A DNA stretch of 64,000 bases from Oscillospiraceae bacterium (GTDB lineage Bacteria; Bacillota; Clostridia; Oscillospirales; Acutalibacteraceae), in the NCBI GenBank assembly GCA_031290105.1, contig JAITOD010000074.1, forward strand, positions 2,563-66,562, in the 5' to 3' direction. Shown one piece after another: positions 24,122-33,385 of the stretch (position 1 is its first letter; every line of letters starts with the position of its first letter). The notes under the pieces are model-generated. The model was not told where the DNA came from. It made no database searches and saw nothing but the letters and a program-made list of their open reading frames with translations. The position numbers and the translations under genes are program-made.

Positions 24122-25288
24122 TTAAACCATATCAGCATTGGGGAAGAACAGCGGCACCGGGAACCAAGCCCGCGCAATCGGCGGCAAAGCATCGCGCTCC
24201 GGGGAAAGCGGGTCGAACAGGACGCGCGTTGCGGCCAGGTGCTCCAAGGCGGCATCGGGGGGCGCATCCGTTTGCGTGACGCTGATTTGCCCGTCATCTG
24301 CGGCAATGCGCAGGTTTTCCTCGCCCGCAAAGCCGTTGATGTGCAGCGTGAATGCGCCGTCAACCAGCGGGGCACGGTTGTTTTGCTCCTGCATAAGGAC
24401 CTCCAGCACACGGCGGTAATTCAGAATGAGGTAGCTTTCCGGCGTGCGTATGTTTGCGTCCTCGCAAAGGCTGCGGAAGAAGGCGTTTGCCTCAGTTTCC
24501 GCAGGTGAAAAATCGAACTTAAGTTTACTGCGCCAAAGCTCCTGAAAAATCACGCTGACTGTTTGCGGGAATTTTGCGCTGTCCAAAAGCCGCAGCTCCT
24601 CAATCACGCTGCCGGACCTGTTGACGATGAAATACCCGGCGAAGCTGCCGTCGTCCAACAGCACATACGGCTTGGCGAACCAAGAGCGCAAGGTGTCATA
24701 GAGTGCGTCCTCCTTGCAATCCACATGCACGGGTGCGTTCTGCCGCAGCGCATAGATCTTGGCAAGGTACTCTGTGTCGTCCTTCCTCAGCCGGTGCACA
24801 GAGAAGCCCTGCGCGTCGCCGCCGCCGAGCACGTGGCGTATATTTGTGGCTGTGACGCGGTATTCATACAGCGCGCCTACACGCTCATAGCCAAAGTAAT
24901 TGTAGCGCTGGCGTTTGCCGCCCAGCACCATGAAGTCCGCGCCGCGTTCGCTGCAGATGCTCAATGCCTCGCCCATCAGCTCCTTCATGTAGCCCATGCC
25001 ACGGAACTTTTTGCCAACGGCAACATTGCCGATCCCTCCGGCAAGCAGCGTTTCGCCTCCGCATACATATGTGAGCATATACAGTCCCACCGCCGCGCGG
25101 AGCCCCTTTTCGTCACGGATGACGATGTTGTTTTGGCATGGGCGGTAATCGTGTTTATAGAGCTTTGGCAGCAGCGGCAGGAAATACGGCACCGCGCGCA
25201 CCCGCAAGCGCGTGAAGACCTTATCCAAAAAGCGGAGCAGCTCCTTTTCCTGACCATCCTCGGCAATGCCTTTATAGATTTCAGCCAT
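24122..25288 (-). CDS. GNAT family N-acetyltransferase with C-terminal SCP2-like domain (Eis-like)
   Basis: Start MAEIYKG after an AAGGAGG RBS. Acetyl-CoA motif VAVGKKFRGMGYMKELM. Confidence 0.7.
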   Translation of the reverse strand: MAEIYKGIAEDGQEKELLRFLDKVFTRLRVRAVPYFLPLLPKLYKHDYRPCQNNIVIRDEKGLRAAVGLYMLTYVCGGETLLAGGIGNVAVGKKFRGMGYMKELMGEALSICSERGADFMVLGGKRQRYNYFGYERVGALYEYRVTATNIRHVLGGGDAQGFSVHRLRKDDTEYLAKIYALRQNAPVHVDCKEDALYDTLRSWFAKPYVLLDDGSFAGYFIVNRSGSVIEELRLLDSAKFPQTVSVIFQELWRSKLKFDFSPAETEANAFFRSLCEDANIRTPESYLILNYRRVLEVLMQEQNNRAPLVDGAFTLHINGFAGEENLRIAADDGQISVTQTDAPPDAALEHLAATRVLFDPLSPERDALPPIARAWFPVPLFFPNADMV

Positions 25289-25414
25289 GTTAGCCTCCTT
25301 GCTGTGCATAAGGGCGGCAATCTGCCGTCCGCGTTATTTTCGTCAGACCCTCTTGTCAGCGCCATGCCGGCGTTGCGGCCCGGAGGATTGCCGTTCTCGG
25401 AGTTTTCCGCAAAT

Positions 25415-26713
25415 TCACTCCATTGCCCGCGCAAGCCGCTGCTGCCATGCGGCAACACGCTTTTCGTTATATTCCTCGGGGATTGACCGCCCGCATTCCT
25501 CCGCCCAAATTGCGTGTGAAAACATGCTGAGCACTGAAATCATCAGCTTTGGGTGCGGAAGCAATTGCAGGCCGCGGCGCAGGAGGTCAGGCGGCGTAAG
25601 GGAGAAGAATCGCCCCGTGTAAATTCGCTCCGCGTCCTGCTGACTGACAATGCGCGAGGAAAATACGCGCTCCAGAAGCTCGTCCGGAATTTTCAGCAGC
25701 CAGCGTTTCATGATGTCCGTACGCCAAGTGTTTTTGGCGGCTTCGCGGTAATAGCGCACCTGATATTTCCAGAGGGACTCCATGTCCGCGCCGCCGCCGT
25801 CATTGATAAGCTCCGCCAGAATTTTAGCGCCGTGAAGCGCATTCACAATCCCTGTCCCCATGAACGGACTTGTCATGCAGGCGCTGTCGCCAAGCAGCGC
25901 ACAGCCGTCAAAGACCATCTGCGTCAAGGGGCAGCGCACGGGAACCTTGTATTCGCCCCAATTACCGGCGGGGACGTCCGGTTCGTCCCAAGCGCTTTGC
26001 TGTTTAAGCAGATTACTTAAAAGCCCCTCCGCCCAATTTGCTTCGGCAAGCCCGACACGGCTGATGAATATATCCGCTTTGTCCGCCGCGTCAAGGCTGT
26101 AGCGGCTCACGCCCTTGGTTCCAAGCGGTCTGACGGCAACGCAGTCCATTGTGGGAGGAGTGTCTTTTTTTTCGTGCGGAAAAATACCGCGGAAGACGGT
26201 CATAGTGTCTTCTTCCGCGAGGAACGATCCCCCCGGCAGCGGCTTGCTGATTTCCGATACGCCGGTGCAGTCAATGGTCAAGTCCGCACGAATCTCGCGT
26301 CCGTCCGGCAGGATTATGCCCGCAACCCGCCCGCTTTCAATCAGCAGAGCTTCCGCTTGAGTGTCGTAGCGCAGATTTGCGTTCTCCCGCGCCTTTTCGC
26401 GCAGATTAGCCAGCAAGCTTTGCCTTGATACCTGCTCATAGCTGAGAGGGCGCTCAATCCTGAAGCGCAGCTTAAACTTGCCGGAGAGCGATGCAATCGT
26501 GCGCTTACCCTGCTCCGGGAATGAATCGGGGAGTACGCCGCCATAGCCCAAACGGCGCAGCTCGGCAACGTTGAGGTTATCGTACCAGTTCCATTTTTTG
26601 GCGAACTCTTCGGGTGAATCCTGCTCCAAAACAACCACTCGGTGCTTGGTGCCGTCAATCAAGCCCGCAAGCGCAAGCCCGGCGATTCCGCCGCCAAGGA
26701 TTAATATATGCAT
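25415..26713 (-). CDS. FAD-dependent oxidoreductase (geranylgeranyl-reductase-like)
   Basis: N-terminal Rossmann motif MHILILGGGIAGLALA. Confidence 0.7.
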   Translation of the reverse strand: MHILILGGGIAGLALAGLIDGTKHRVVVLEQDSPEEFAKKWNWYDNLNVAELRRLGYGGVLPDSFPEQGKRTIASLSGKFKLRFRIERPLSYEQVSRQSLLANLREKARENANLRYDTQAEALLIESGRVAGIILPDGREIRADLTIDCTGVSEISKPLPGGSFLAEEDTMTVFRGIFPHEKKDTPPTMDCVAVRPLGTKGVSRYSLDAADKADIFISRVGLAEANWAEGLLSNLLKQQSAWDEPDVPAGNWGEYKVPVRCPLTQMVFDGCALLGDSACMTSPFMGTGIVNALHGAKILAELINDGGGADMESLWKYQVRYYREAAKNTWRTDIMKRWLLKIPDELLERVFSSRIVSQQDAERIYTGRFFSLTPPDLLRRGLQLLPHPKLMISVLSMFSHAIWAEECGRSIPEEYNEKRVAAWQQRLARAME

Positions 26714-26958
26714 AGGAATTTCTCCTGATATTTTTTAATTTGATGCCGAGAAAAACGGCGAATAAGAGGCGCACCTTCCTTCCTGTTTCAGAAGTCTTGC
26801 CTACAGTATATTACATTTGCGTAACTTTTTCAAGCCCCCCTGCAGATATTGCTGTAAAATCGCTGGATTTTTCCCGCGCAGTGTGATATGCTAAACGTCA
26901 GATTCCGTTATCAATACATCAAGCTCTGAAATCCAACAAGCAATTTAAGGAGCGCACC

Positions 26959-27903
26959 ATGTACGTATTCACCTACTCCCGCACAGCGCAGAATTTTTGC
27001 AAGCACTTCCCGCCGCGCCGGCGTGACGCGCACAAATATAACTTCGGGCGTGTGCTGTCAATCTGCGGCAGTGAGCGCTTTCCGGGTGCGGCAGTGTTGG
27101 CCGCGCGCGCGGCGGTCTTCTCCGGAGCCGGGGTTGTGAGGGCGGCGTTCCCGCGCGCGGCGTATGCGGCCATTGCCCCGCAGCTTACGGAGCCCATACT
27201 CTTCCCGCTGCCCGGCAATACACAGGGACAGTTGGCAAAGGGCGCGCTGGAGGAGTTGCTTTCGGCGTGCGAAAAATCGGATGCGGTGCTTTTGGGCTGC
27301 GGCTTAGGGCAAAGCCTTGACACTGCGGCTATTGTGCCGGAGCTTACAGAAAAGTGCCCCGCCCCGCTGATTCTGGATGCGGACGCGCTGAATCTTTTGG
27401 TCGGCAAGCTCAATTTGCTGCGCGCACGCTCCGCACCGACTATTCTTACGCCGCACGCGGGTGAATTCGCGCGTTTGCAAGCGGGCGTGAGTACGCTATC
27501 CGACCCTCGCAGTATGAGTGCTGAACGCGATTCGGTACGTCTGCACGCGGCGCACAGATTTGCGGCGGAATACGGCGTGACGCTGGTTCTTAAGGGCGCA
27601 GGGACGTTGGTTGCGCACTGCGGCTCGCCTGCCGTTTACCGCAACAAAACAGGCAACCCTGCCATGGCGACTGCAGGCAGCGGCGACATGCTGGCAGGAA
27701 TTATGCTCGGCTTTTGGGGTCAGGGATTGCCCGCACGCACGGCGGCGGAGTGCGCGGTATTCGTGCACGGGCTTTGCGGTGACCTGGCTGTTGCGGACAG
27801 CGTTATTGCAGCACGTTCGCTTACGCCGAGTTATATGCTGGACCGATTGCCGCACGTGCTGGCGGAACAGGAACAGCTTTTTAGACATCTTGCGGAATTG
27901 TGA
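26959..27903 (+). CDS. nnrD: ADP-dependent NAD(P)H-hydrate dehydratase (YjeF C-terminal type)
   Basis: HKYNFGRVLSICGS..PGAAVLAARAA and GSGDMLAG motifs. Confidence 0.85.
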   Translation: MYVFTYSRTAQNFCKHFPPRRRDAHKYNFGRVLSICGSERFPGAAVLAARAAVFSGAGVVRAAFPRAAYAAIAPQLTEPILFPLPGNTQGQLAKGALEELLSACEKSDAVLLGCGLGQSLDTAAIVPELTEKCPAPLILDADALNLLVGKLNLLRARSAPTILTPHAGEFARLQAGVSTLSDPRSMSAERDSVRLHAAHRFAAEYGVTLVLKGAGTLVAHCGSPAVYRNKTGNPAMATAGSGDMLAGIMLGFWGQGLPARTAAECAVFVHGLCGDLAVADSVIAARSLTPSYMLDRLPHVLAEQEQLFRHLAEL

Positions 27904-27974
27904 TATTTAGGAGAAATTCCCCCGAGTATCGTCAAAAACAGATGGCTACCGGAACAACTCGCGCTGAAAGTGGG

Positions 27975-28004
27975 TTGACAAGATGGGCATTTGGGGGGTA
28001 TAAT
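27975..28004 (+). promoter_or_regulatory. sigma-A-type promoter TTGACA-18-TATAAT
   Basis: TTGACA at 27975-27980 and TATAAT at 27999-28004. Ends directly at the left inverted repeat. Confidence 0.6.
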
Positions 28005-28050
28005 AAACATAACATCAGCACAGAGCTGATACTCAGAGCTGATAGTATGT
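28005..28050. repeat. left arm of 46-bp inverted repeat (37-bp perfect core 28014-28050)
   Basis: The core ATCAGCACAGAGCTGATACTCAGAGCTGATAGTATGT is the exact reverse complement of 28449-28485. A further 9 bp match with 1 mismatch. Confidence 0.9.
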
Positions 28051-28079
28051 TAACATAGCATGTATACATACTATGTTAA
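28050..28079. repeat. 30-nt near-palindrome TTAACATAGCATGTATACATACTATGTTAA
   Basis: Self-complementary with 2 mismatches. A related copy (TTAACATAGTATGTATACATACTAT) sits at 28433-28457. Confidence 0.85.
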
Positions 28080-28111
28080 TCTCCAAAAAACACAGTAAAC
28101 GAGGTATTTTT

Positions 28112-28387
28112 ATGGCACTGCGTTTCTTCAAATTGTATGAGCCGTTAAGTTTGGATGACTTGGAAAAACTGCTCCAGCAAGCAAGGGCTGAAATCAAAAA
28201 ACTCGACTCCGGCGACTGCTTCGCCGTTCAGGATCTTTTCATAGGTTATGTTTGGCGAAAACTATCGCCGTCAGACAGAAAAACCTTTGGCCGCCTGTTT
28301 TCGTTCTATGCGGAAAAGGGCGGGAAAGAGTACTTAGATAATGTTGGCAAGAGCGGACAAAGCCATCAAATCTACAGAAAAAAATAA
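28112..28387 (+). CDS. DUF1413-like small protein
   Basis: 91 aa from MALRFF. The pattern F.VQDLF.GY.W..L...DR...GRLF......G.......G.S...Q.Y matches the ~90-aa DUF1413 family as I recall it. Confidence 0.55.
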   Translation: MALRFFKLYEPLSLDDLEKLLQQARAEIKKLDSGDCFAVQDLFIGYVWRKLSPSDRKTFGRLFSFYAEKGGKEYLDNVGKSGQSHQIYRKK

Positions 28388-28448
28388 TAACATTTCGCGA
28401 AAAATCACTGTAATTACTATGTTTTTACGGTGTTAACATAGTATGTAT

Positions 28449-28494
28449 ACATACTATCAGCTCTGAGTATCAGCTCTGTGCTGATATTATGTTT
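28449..28494. repeat. right arm of 46-bp inverted repeat
   Basis: Reverse complement of 28005-28050. Confidence 0.9.
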
Positions 28495-28539
28495 TATATG
28501 CAAGCGAAAACTCAGCCGCATCTATCGTACCCATCGCCC

Positions 28540-29037
28540 TCAACCGCCGTTTTCCGACGAAAGAATTTCCGCCTCGCCGTGCGGCAGCATAAAGCTCTGA
28601 TAATCACCGCTAAGTTCATTTTGCCTTATCACAAAATCTCCCGTGCGGATTCGCCCCTGCGTTTCAATATAGCCGCCCTTATCCGCATAGGACAGCTCAT
28701 CATAAACAGAAAGCGCCTCCATCAATTCCCTAAAGAACGACTGCGCCGGCAAGAAGACGTCAGTCGCCAAACCTTTGTATGCGGCACGGCAGTCTGTCCC
28801 GGTGAAGGTCAGCGTCAGCCCGGCAAGTGTTTCCGGCTCAGTGACGCGGAACACAGCGCTGCCCGGCAAGCTCTGCTCCCAATCGCATTGCAGAGCATAT
28901 CCTTCGCCCTGCACACTCAAAACGGCGCGAAACGCTTGCGGCGCAGATGGCGGCGGCACGGGATGATCCGCGCAGGCGGCGAAAATCATTAAGCCCATAA
29001 GCAGCGCGGTTAACATGGCAACGGATTTTTTCATCAT
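28540..29037 (-). CDS. lipoprotein of unknown function
   Basis: Signal peptide with lipobox IFAAC. Confidence 0.6.
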   Translation of the reverse strand: MMKKSVAMLTALLMGLMIFAACADHPVPPPSAPQAFRAVLSVQGEGYALQCDWEQSLPGSAVFRVTEPETLAGLTLTFTGTDCRAAYKGLATDVFLPAQSFFRELMEALSVYDELSYADKGGYIETQGRIRTGDFVIRQNELSGDYQSFMLPHGEAEILSSENGG

Positions 29038-29106
29038 GACATCCTTAATGATTAGCTGTGCTTTCTAATGAATACGCACAAATGGCGGAAAGAATGCACA
29101 CGGCAT

Positions 29107-29135
29107 TTGACAATCCCGCAAAATGCCTGTATAAT
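29107..29135 (+). promoter_or_regulatory. sigma-A promoter TTGACA-17-TATAAT for tyrS
   Basis: Exact consensus hexamers with a 17-nt spacer, ~35 nt upstream of the tyrS ATG. Confidence 0.65.
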
Positions 29136-29170
29136 CTTACAATATATGTGTGTTTAGGAGAAAGACAATT

Positions 29171-30400
29171 ATGGGCGTTTTTGATGAACTGCAGGCCCGT
29201 GGCTTGATTGCCCAGTGCACCGACGAGGACAAGGTACGTGAGCTGCTGAACGGCGATAAGCCCACAGCTTTTTATATTGGCTTTGACCCAACGGCAGACA
29301 GCCTGCACGTGGGGCACTTTGTGGCGATTATGCTCCTTGCGCACCTCCAGCGGGCGGGGCATATTCCCATCGCGCTGTTTGGCGGCGGCACCGGCATGAT
29401 TGGCGACCCGAGCGGCAAAACCGATATGCGCAAAATGCTAACGCGTGAGGATATTGACCACAACATCGATTGCTTCCGCCGGCAAATGTCCCGCCTTGTT
29501 GACTTCGAAAACGGCAACGCACACATCGTCAACAATGCGGACTGGCTGTGCAACCTCAACTACATTGAGTTTCTGCGCGACGTGGGCGTGCATTTTTCCG
29601 TCAACAGAATGCTTGCCGCAGAGTGCTACAAGCAGCGGCTGGAAAAAGGTCTCTCGTTCTTTGAGCTTAACTACATGATAATGCAGTCCTACGATTTCCT
29701 TGTCCTGCGGCGCAAATACGGCTGCATCCTCCAGCTTGGCGGCGACGACCAGTGGAGCAACATCATCGGCGGCGTGGAACTCAACCGCCGCATGGACGGC
29801 AAGGAGAGCTACGGCATGACAGTCAAGCTTTTGCTGACCAGCGACGGGCGCAAAATGGGCAAGACCGAGGGCGGCGCGGTTTGGCTGGACCCGAACAAAA
29901 CCGGTCCTTATGATTTCTATCAATACTGGCGCAACGTGGACGACGCAGACGTTATCAACTGCTTGAAAATGCTCACCTTTATGCCCGTGCCGCAGATTGA
30001 GGAATACGCGCAGAAAACCGGCGGCGAGCTCAACGCCGTCAAGGAGATACTGGCGTACGAGGTCACGAAGCTCATCCACGGTGCGGAAGAAGCCGATAGA
30101 GCACAGGCGGCGGCACGCGCTCTCTTCGGCGTTGACTGCAACGCCGGCGATGCCGCGCCCTCAACCACACTGACGGACGCAGACTTCATCGGCGGCAAAG
30201 CGAATATCCTTGACCTGCTGGTGAAAACCGAGCTTGCTCCGTCCAAAGCGGAGGCGCGGCGCTTGGTGCAGCAGGGCGGGGTCCGTGCGGACGGAGAGCT
30301 TGTTGCGGCGATTGATTTTGCGCTCACGCGGGAGCAGGTAGCGGACGGCGGCGTGTTGATTAAGAAGGGGAAGAAAGCTTTCCACCGGGTGAATATTTAG
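29171..30400 (+). CDS. tyrS: tyrosine--tRNA ligase
   Basis: HIGH motif (DSLHVGH), KMSKS variant (KMGKT) and a C-terminal S4 domain. Confidence 0.93.
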   Translation: MGVFDELQARGLIAQCTDEDKVRELLNGDKPTAFYIGFDPTADSLHVGHFVAIMLLAHLQRAGHIPIALFGGGTGMIGDPSGKTDMRKMLTREDIDHNIDCFRRQMSRLVDFENGNAHIVNNADWLCNLNYIEFLRDVGVHFSVNRMLAAECYKQRLEKGLSFFELNYMIMQSYDFLVLRRKYGCILQLGGDDQWSNIIGGVELNRRMDGKESYGMTVKLLLTSDGRKMGKTEGGAVWLDPNKTGPYDFYQYWRNVDDADVINCLKMLTFMPVPQIEEYAQKTGGELNAVKEILAYEVTKLIHGAEEADRAQAAARALFGVDCNAGDAAPSTTLTDADFIGGKANILDLLVKTELAPSKAEARRLVQQGGVRADGELVAAIDFALTREQVADGGVLIKKGKKAFHRVNI

Positions 30401-30633
30401 CAGATATTCCCGCGTTAGAAAGCGATTGGTTTATCGAATTCAAAAATGAAACGCTTGAAGTTCTGTCCTAAGAGGGGCATTGTGACCGGAAGAATCACCC
30501 CTGCAACAGAAATAAAACACACAACAAATATTGGCGCTGAGCATAATTCAACCAACCCTCACAAAACGCGCACGCCCACGGCACAGCTTGGGGCGATAAT
30601 ACTGCCATACAATAAACAACGGAGTGTTAAGCT

Positions 30634-31317
30634 ATGTACAAAATCCTAATCGCCGACGATGAACAGGCAATCCGCGAGGGCTTTGCCGAATACGCGCGCT
30701 TTTTGGGCTATGATGTTACCGAAGCGGAGGACGGCATTGACGCCGTGCAAAAAAGCCGCGCGGACGATTTCGACATTATCGTGCTGGATATTATGATGCC
30801 GCGCATGGACGGATTCTCCGCGTGCAAGGAAATCCGCCGCAGTTCGCGCGTGCCAATCCTCATGCTCTCCGCGAGGAGTGAGGAATATGACAAGCTCTTC
30901 GGCTTTGAGCTGGGCGTGGACGATTATGTGACAAAGCCGTTTTCCGTCAAGGAGCTAATTGCGCGGATACAGGCAATCTGCGCAAGAGCAAAACCGGAAC
31001 CCGGGACGGAAAATTCGGAGGACGGGCACGAAACCTATGAGAACGACGGGCTCCTTGTTGATATGACGGCCCGCACCGTGACCTGTGACGGAGCAAAGGC
31101 TGAGCTGACGCCCAAAGAATATGATCTGCTCTTTTTCCTTGCGCGCAACAAAAACATTGCCTTGAGCCGTGAAACATTGCTCTCCAAGATTTGGGGCTAC
31201 GACTTTTTCGGCGACGACAGAACCGTGGATACGCACATCAAAACCCTGCGCGGACGCCTTGGACGCCACAAGGAGCACATCGTAACCCTGCGCGGCGTGG
31301 GCTACCGCTTTGAATAG
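30634..31317 (+). CDS. OmpR-family response regulator
   Basis: Receiver domain (ILIADDE...DIIVLDIMMP) plus a winged-helix output (TLRGVGYRF). Confidence 0.9.
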   Translation: MYKILIADDEQAIREGFAEYARFLGYDVTEAEDGIDAVQKSRADDFDIIVLDIMMPRMDGFSACKEIRRSSRVPILMLSARSEEYDKLFGFELGVDDYVTKPFSVKELIARIQAICARAKPEPGTENSEDGHETYENDGLLVDMTARTVTCDGAKAELTPKEYDLLFFLARNKNIALSRETLLSKIWGYDFFGDDRTVDTHIKTLRGRLGRHKEHIVTLRGVGYRFE

Positions 31318-31385
31318 TCGGGTAACTCCGGGCGTTTAGATTGCGCAAATCAATAACCCGCATCCAGTGTATTGTAGGTAACTAA

Positions 31386-32822
31386 ATGAAAACCAAAAGC
31401 CTTCGCTTCAAAATCTCGTTATATATCTCCCTGCTTAGCCTGCTTGTGCTGGGGGTTTTGTGGGTTTTGCAGTTTGTTTTGCTGCACCCGTTCCACGTGA
31501 GGATGGAGCTTGACGAGCTGGAGCGGGTCGGCACGCAGGTGCTGCACAGCGTTGAGAACAACGGCACGCTCTCCGCACTGGACGACTACGCCTTTGACCA
31601 CAACCTGCGCATCCTGCGTATGGACGAGGACGGCTCTCTTCTTAACCTATATGACGGTCTGGGCAGCGCGATTCCGTTTTTCCGTCTGCGCTTTCCCGCG
31701 GAGGAGTTTGCGCAGATTCAGGAAAAATTCAGCGACACAAAGGGCGGCACTATCCGCTACCTTGCCGAAGAAACCGATGAAGCCCAAAACGGAGCTGCGC
31801 AAAGCGCCGTAAAGGCGGTATTTGTTGCGCGTTTGCCGGAAAACTTGGGCGGATATCTTTATTTCAGCAGCACCATCCCGCCAATGAGCGCAACGCTTAC
31901 CGTCCTGCGCCAACAGTTTTTTATAATCTCCGCCGTAGTCCTCCTTTTGGGCTTGGTGGCGGCGCAGTGGATTGCCAAGCGGCTCTCCAAGCCAATCGTT
32001 GCGCTGACCGGCTCCGCGCGGCGGCTGGCACAGGGCGATTTCTCCGCCGATTTTGCCGCGGGGACTGACGGCTTTGCGGAAACGCAGGAGCTGGCGCAAA
32101 CCCTTGGCTATGCGGCGGGTGAGCTATCCCGCCTGGAGCAATACCGCAAGGATTTGATTGCCAACATCAGCCACGACCTGAAAACCCCGCTGACCGTCAT
32201 CAGAATGCACAGCGAAATAATCCGCGACGTGTGCGGGGACGACAAGCAGGCCCGCGACCGTCACTGCCAAACCATTGAGCGTGAGACTGATTGGCTCTCC
32301 GGCATGGTTGGCGAGGTGCTTGAGCTCAGCCGTTTGCAGGACGGCTCTGCGGCGTGGAATCCGCAGCCGCTTGACCTTTCAGCAATCACACGGGAGGTGT
32401 TGGAGAGCTTTGCGGCTCTGGAGGAAAGCGGCGGCTGCCACTTCTACACAGAGGTGGAGGACAGCCTTACCGTCATTGGCGACGCGGCGGGACTTCGGCG
32501 TGTGCTCATCAACCTAATCGGCAACGCAATCAACCACACCGGTGAGGACAAGGCGGTTGGCGTCTGCCTGCGGCGTGAGCCGGAGGGCGTATACTTTGCC
32601 GTGCGCGACACGGGCACGGGCATTGCCCCGGAGGAAATCCCCAACATCTGGGAACGGTATTATAAGAGCGGCAAGGCGCACAAACGCGCGGTTACGGGCA
32701 CGGGGCTTGGGCTTGCGATTGTGCGGGAGGTGCTGGAACGGCACGGGGCGCATTACGGTGTGCAGAGCGAGCTTGGCAAGGGCAGCACATTTTGGGTTTT
32801 GCTTGGCGGCAAAGCCGGCTAA
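31386..32822 (+). CDS. sensor histidine kinase (TM-HAMP-HisKA-HATPase)
   Basis: H-box ISHDLKTPLT, N-box LIGNAINHT and G-boxes DTGTGI / GTGLGLAI. Confidence 0.9.
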   Translation: MKTKSLRFKISLYISLLSLLVLGVLWVLQFVLLHPFHVRMELDELERVGTQVLHSVENNGTLSALDDYAFDHNLRILRMDEDGSLLNLYDGLGSAIPFFRLRFPAEEFAQIQEKFSDTKGGTIRYLAEETDEAQNGAAQSAVKAVFVARLPENLGGYLYFSSTIPPMSATLTVLRQQFFIISAVVLLLGLVAAQWIAKRLSKPIVALTGSARRLAQGDFSADFAAGTDGFAETQELAQTLGYAAGELSRLEQYRKDLIANISHDLKTPLTVIRMHSEIIRDVCGDDKQARDRHCQTIERETDWLSGMVGEVLELSRLQDGSAAWNPQPLDLSAITREVLESFAALEESGGCHFYTEVEDSLTVIGDAAGLRRVLINLIGNAINHTGEDKAVGVCLRREPEGVYFAVRDTGTGIAPEEIPNIWERYYKSGKAHKRAVTGTGLGLAIVREVLERHGAHYGVQSELGKGSTFWVLLGGKAG

Positions 32823-33271
32823 ATACCTGTTAATTATCCTGCAGGGGCGCGCCCGCTGTGTTAATAATCATCGCTGCGCCGCGGCGCAGCGATGCGTGAA
32901 AATCAGCGGATGCACAAGAACCTGTGCCCCTGCACGGGGTACATACGTTTATTTGGATCTAAACTTCTGCGGTACAAAAAACTACCATACAGCTGCGTTT
33001 GCGTTGAAATATATCACATGAGCAAATGCATCAACCAACCATTAAAGCGCAATATATAGCGATTTATCGGACAAAAATCGCTACATATTGTGATTTTTTG
33101 CGCCGAAAATCAATTATGACGAAATTGTAACCGCCTTTTTCTCCCTTTCGTACAAAATTCTGCATGTTTTGGGCTGTGCCAAATTTCTTTATCCGCAAGT
33201 TTTCCGTGTTTCTCCAAAATTCTCCCCAAAGCGTTTGTGCATATTGCACAAAACGTACTTGGTATTCTCGC

Positions 33272-33300
33272 TTGACAATCGAAAGTTTGGACAATATACT
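33272..33300 (+). promoter_or_regulatory. promoter TTGACA-17-TATACT
   Basis: Lies ~85 nt upstream of the 33386 ATG. Confidence 0.5.
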
Positions 33301-33385
33301 ACCAGCAGGCGGGCAGAACTCCGCCGACGAATCCACTCACCATCTTTTGTGCGGCAGATAGAGCTGCAAGAAAGGAAATATTTTC

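Noticed and set aside
29040-29170. Possible T-box leader upstream of tyrS
   Set aside because: The consensus promoter at 29107-29135 leaves only ~35 nt of leader. There is no specifier stem, no T-box sequence and no terminator/antiterminator.
32869-32894. 26-nt perfect palindrome CATCGCTGCGCC/GGCGCAGCGATG after the histidine kinase gene as a special element
   Set aside because: Most simply it is a transcription-terminating or stabilising hairpin (no U-tract). No repeat copies occur elsewhere in the window.
33301-33385. Possible c-di-AMP (ydaO-type) riboswitch upstream of the YabE-like wall protein
   Set aside because: The leader is only ~85 nt, and I could not find the conserved pseudo-two-fold ydaO motifs. 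An Infernal scan would settle it.
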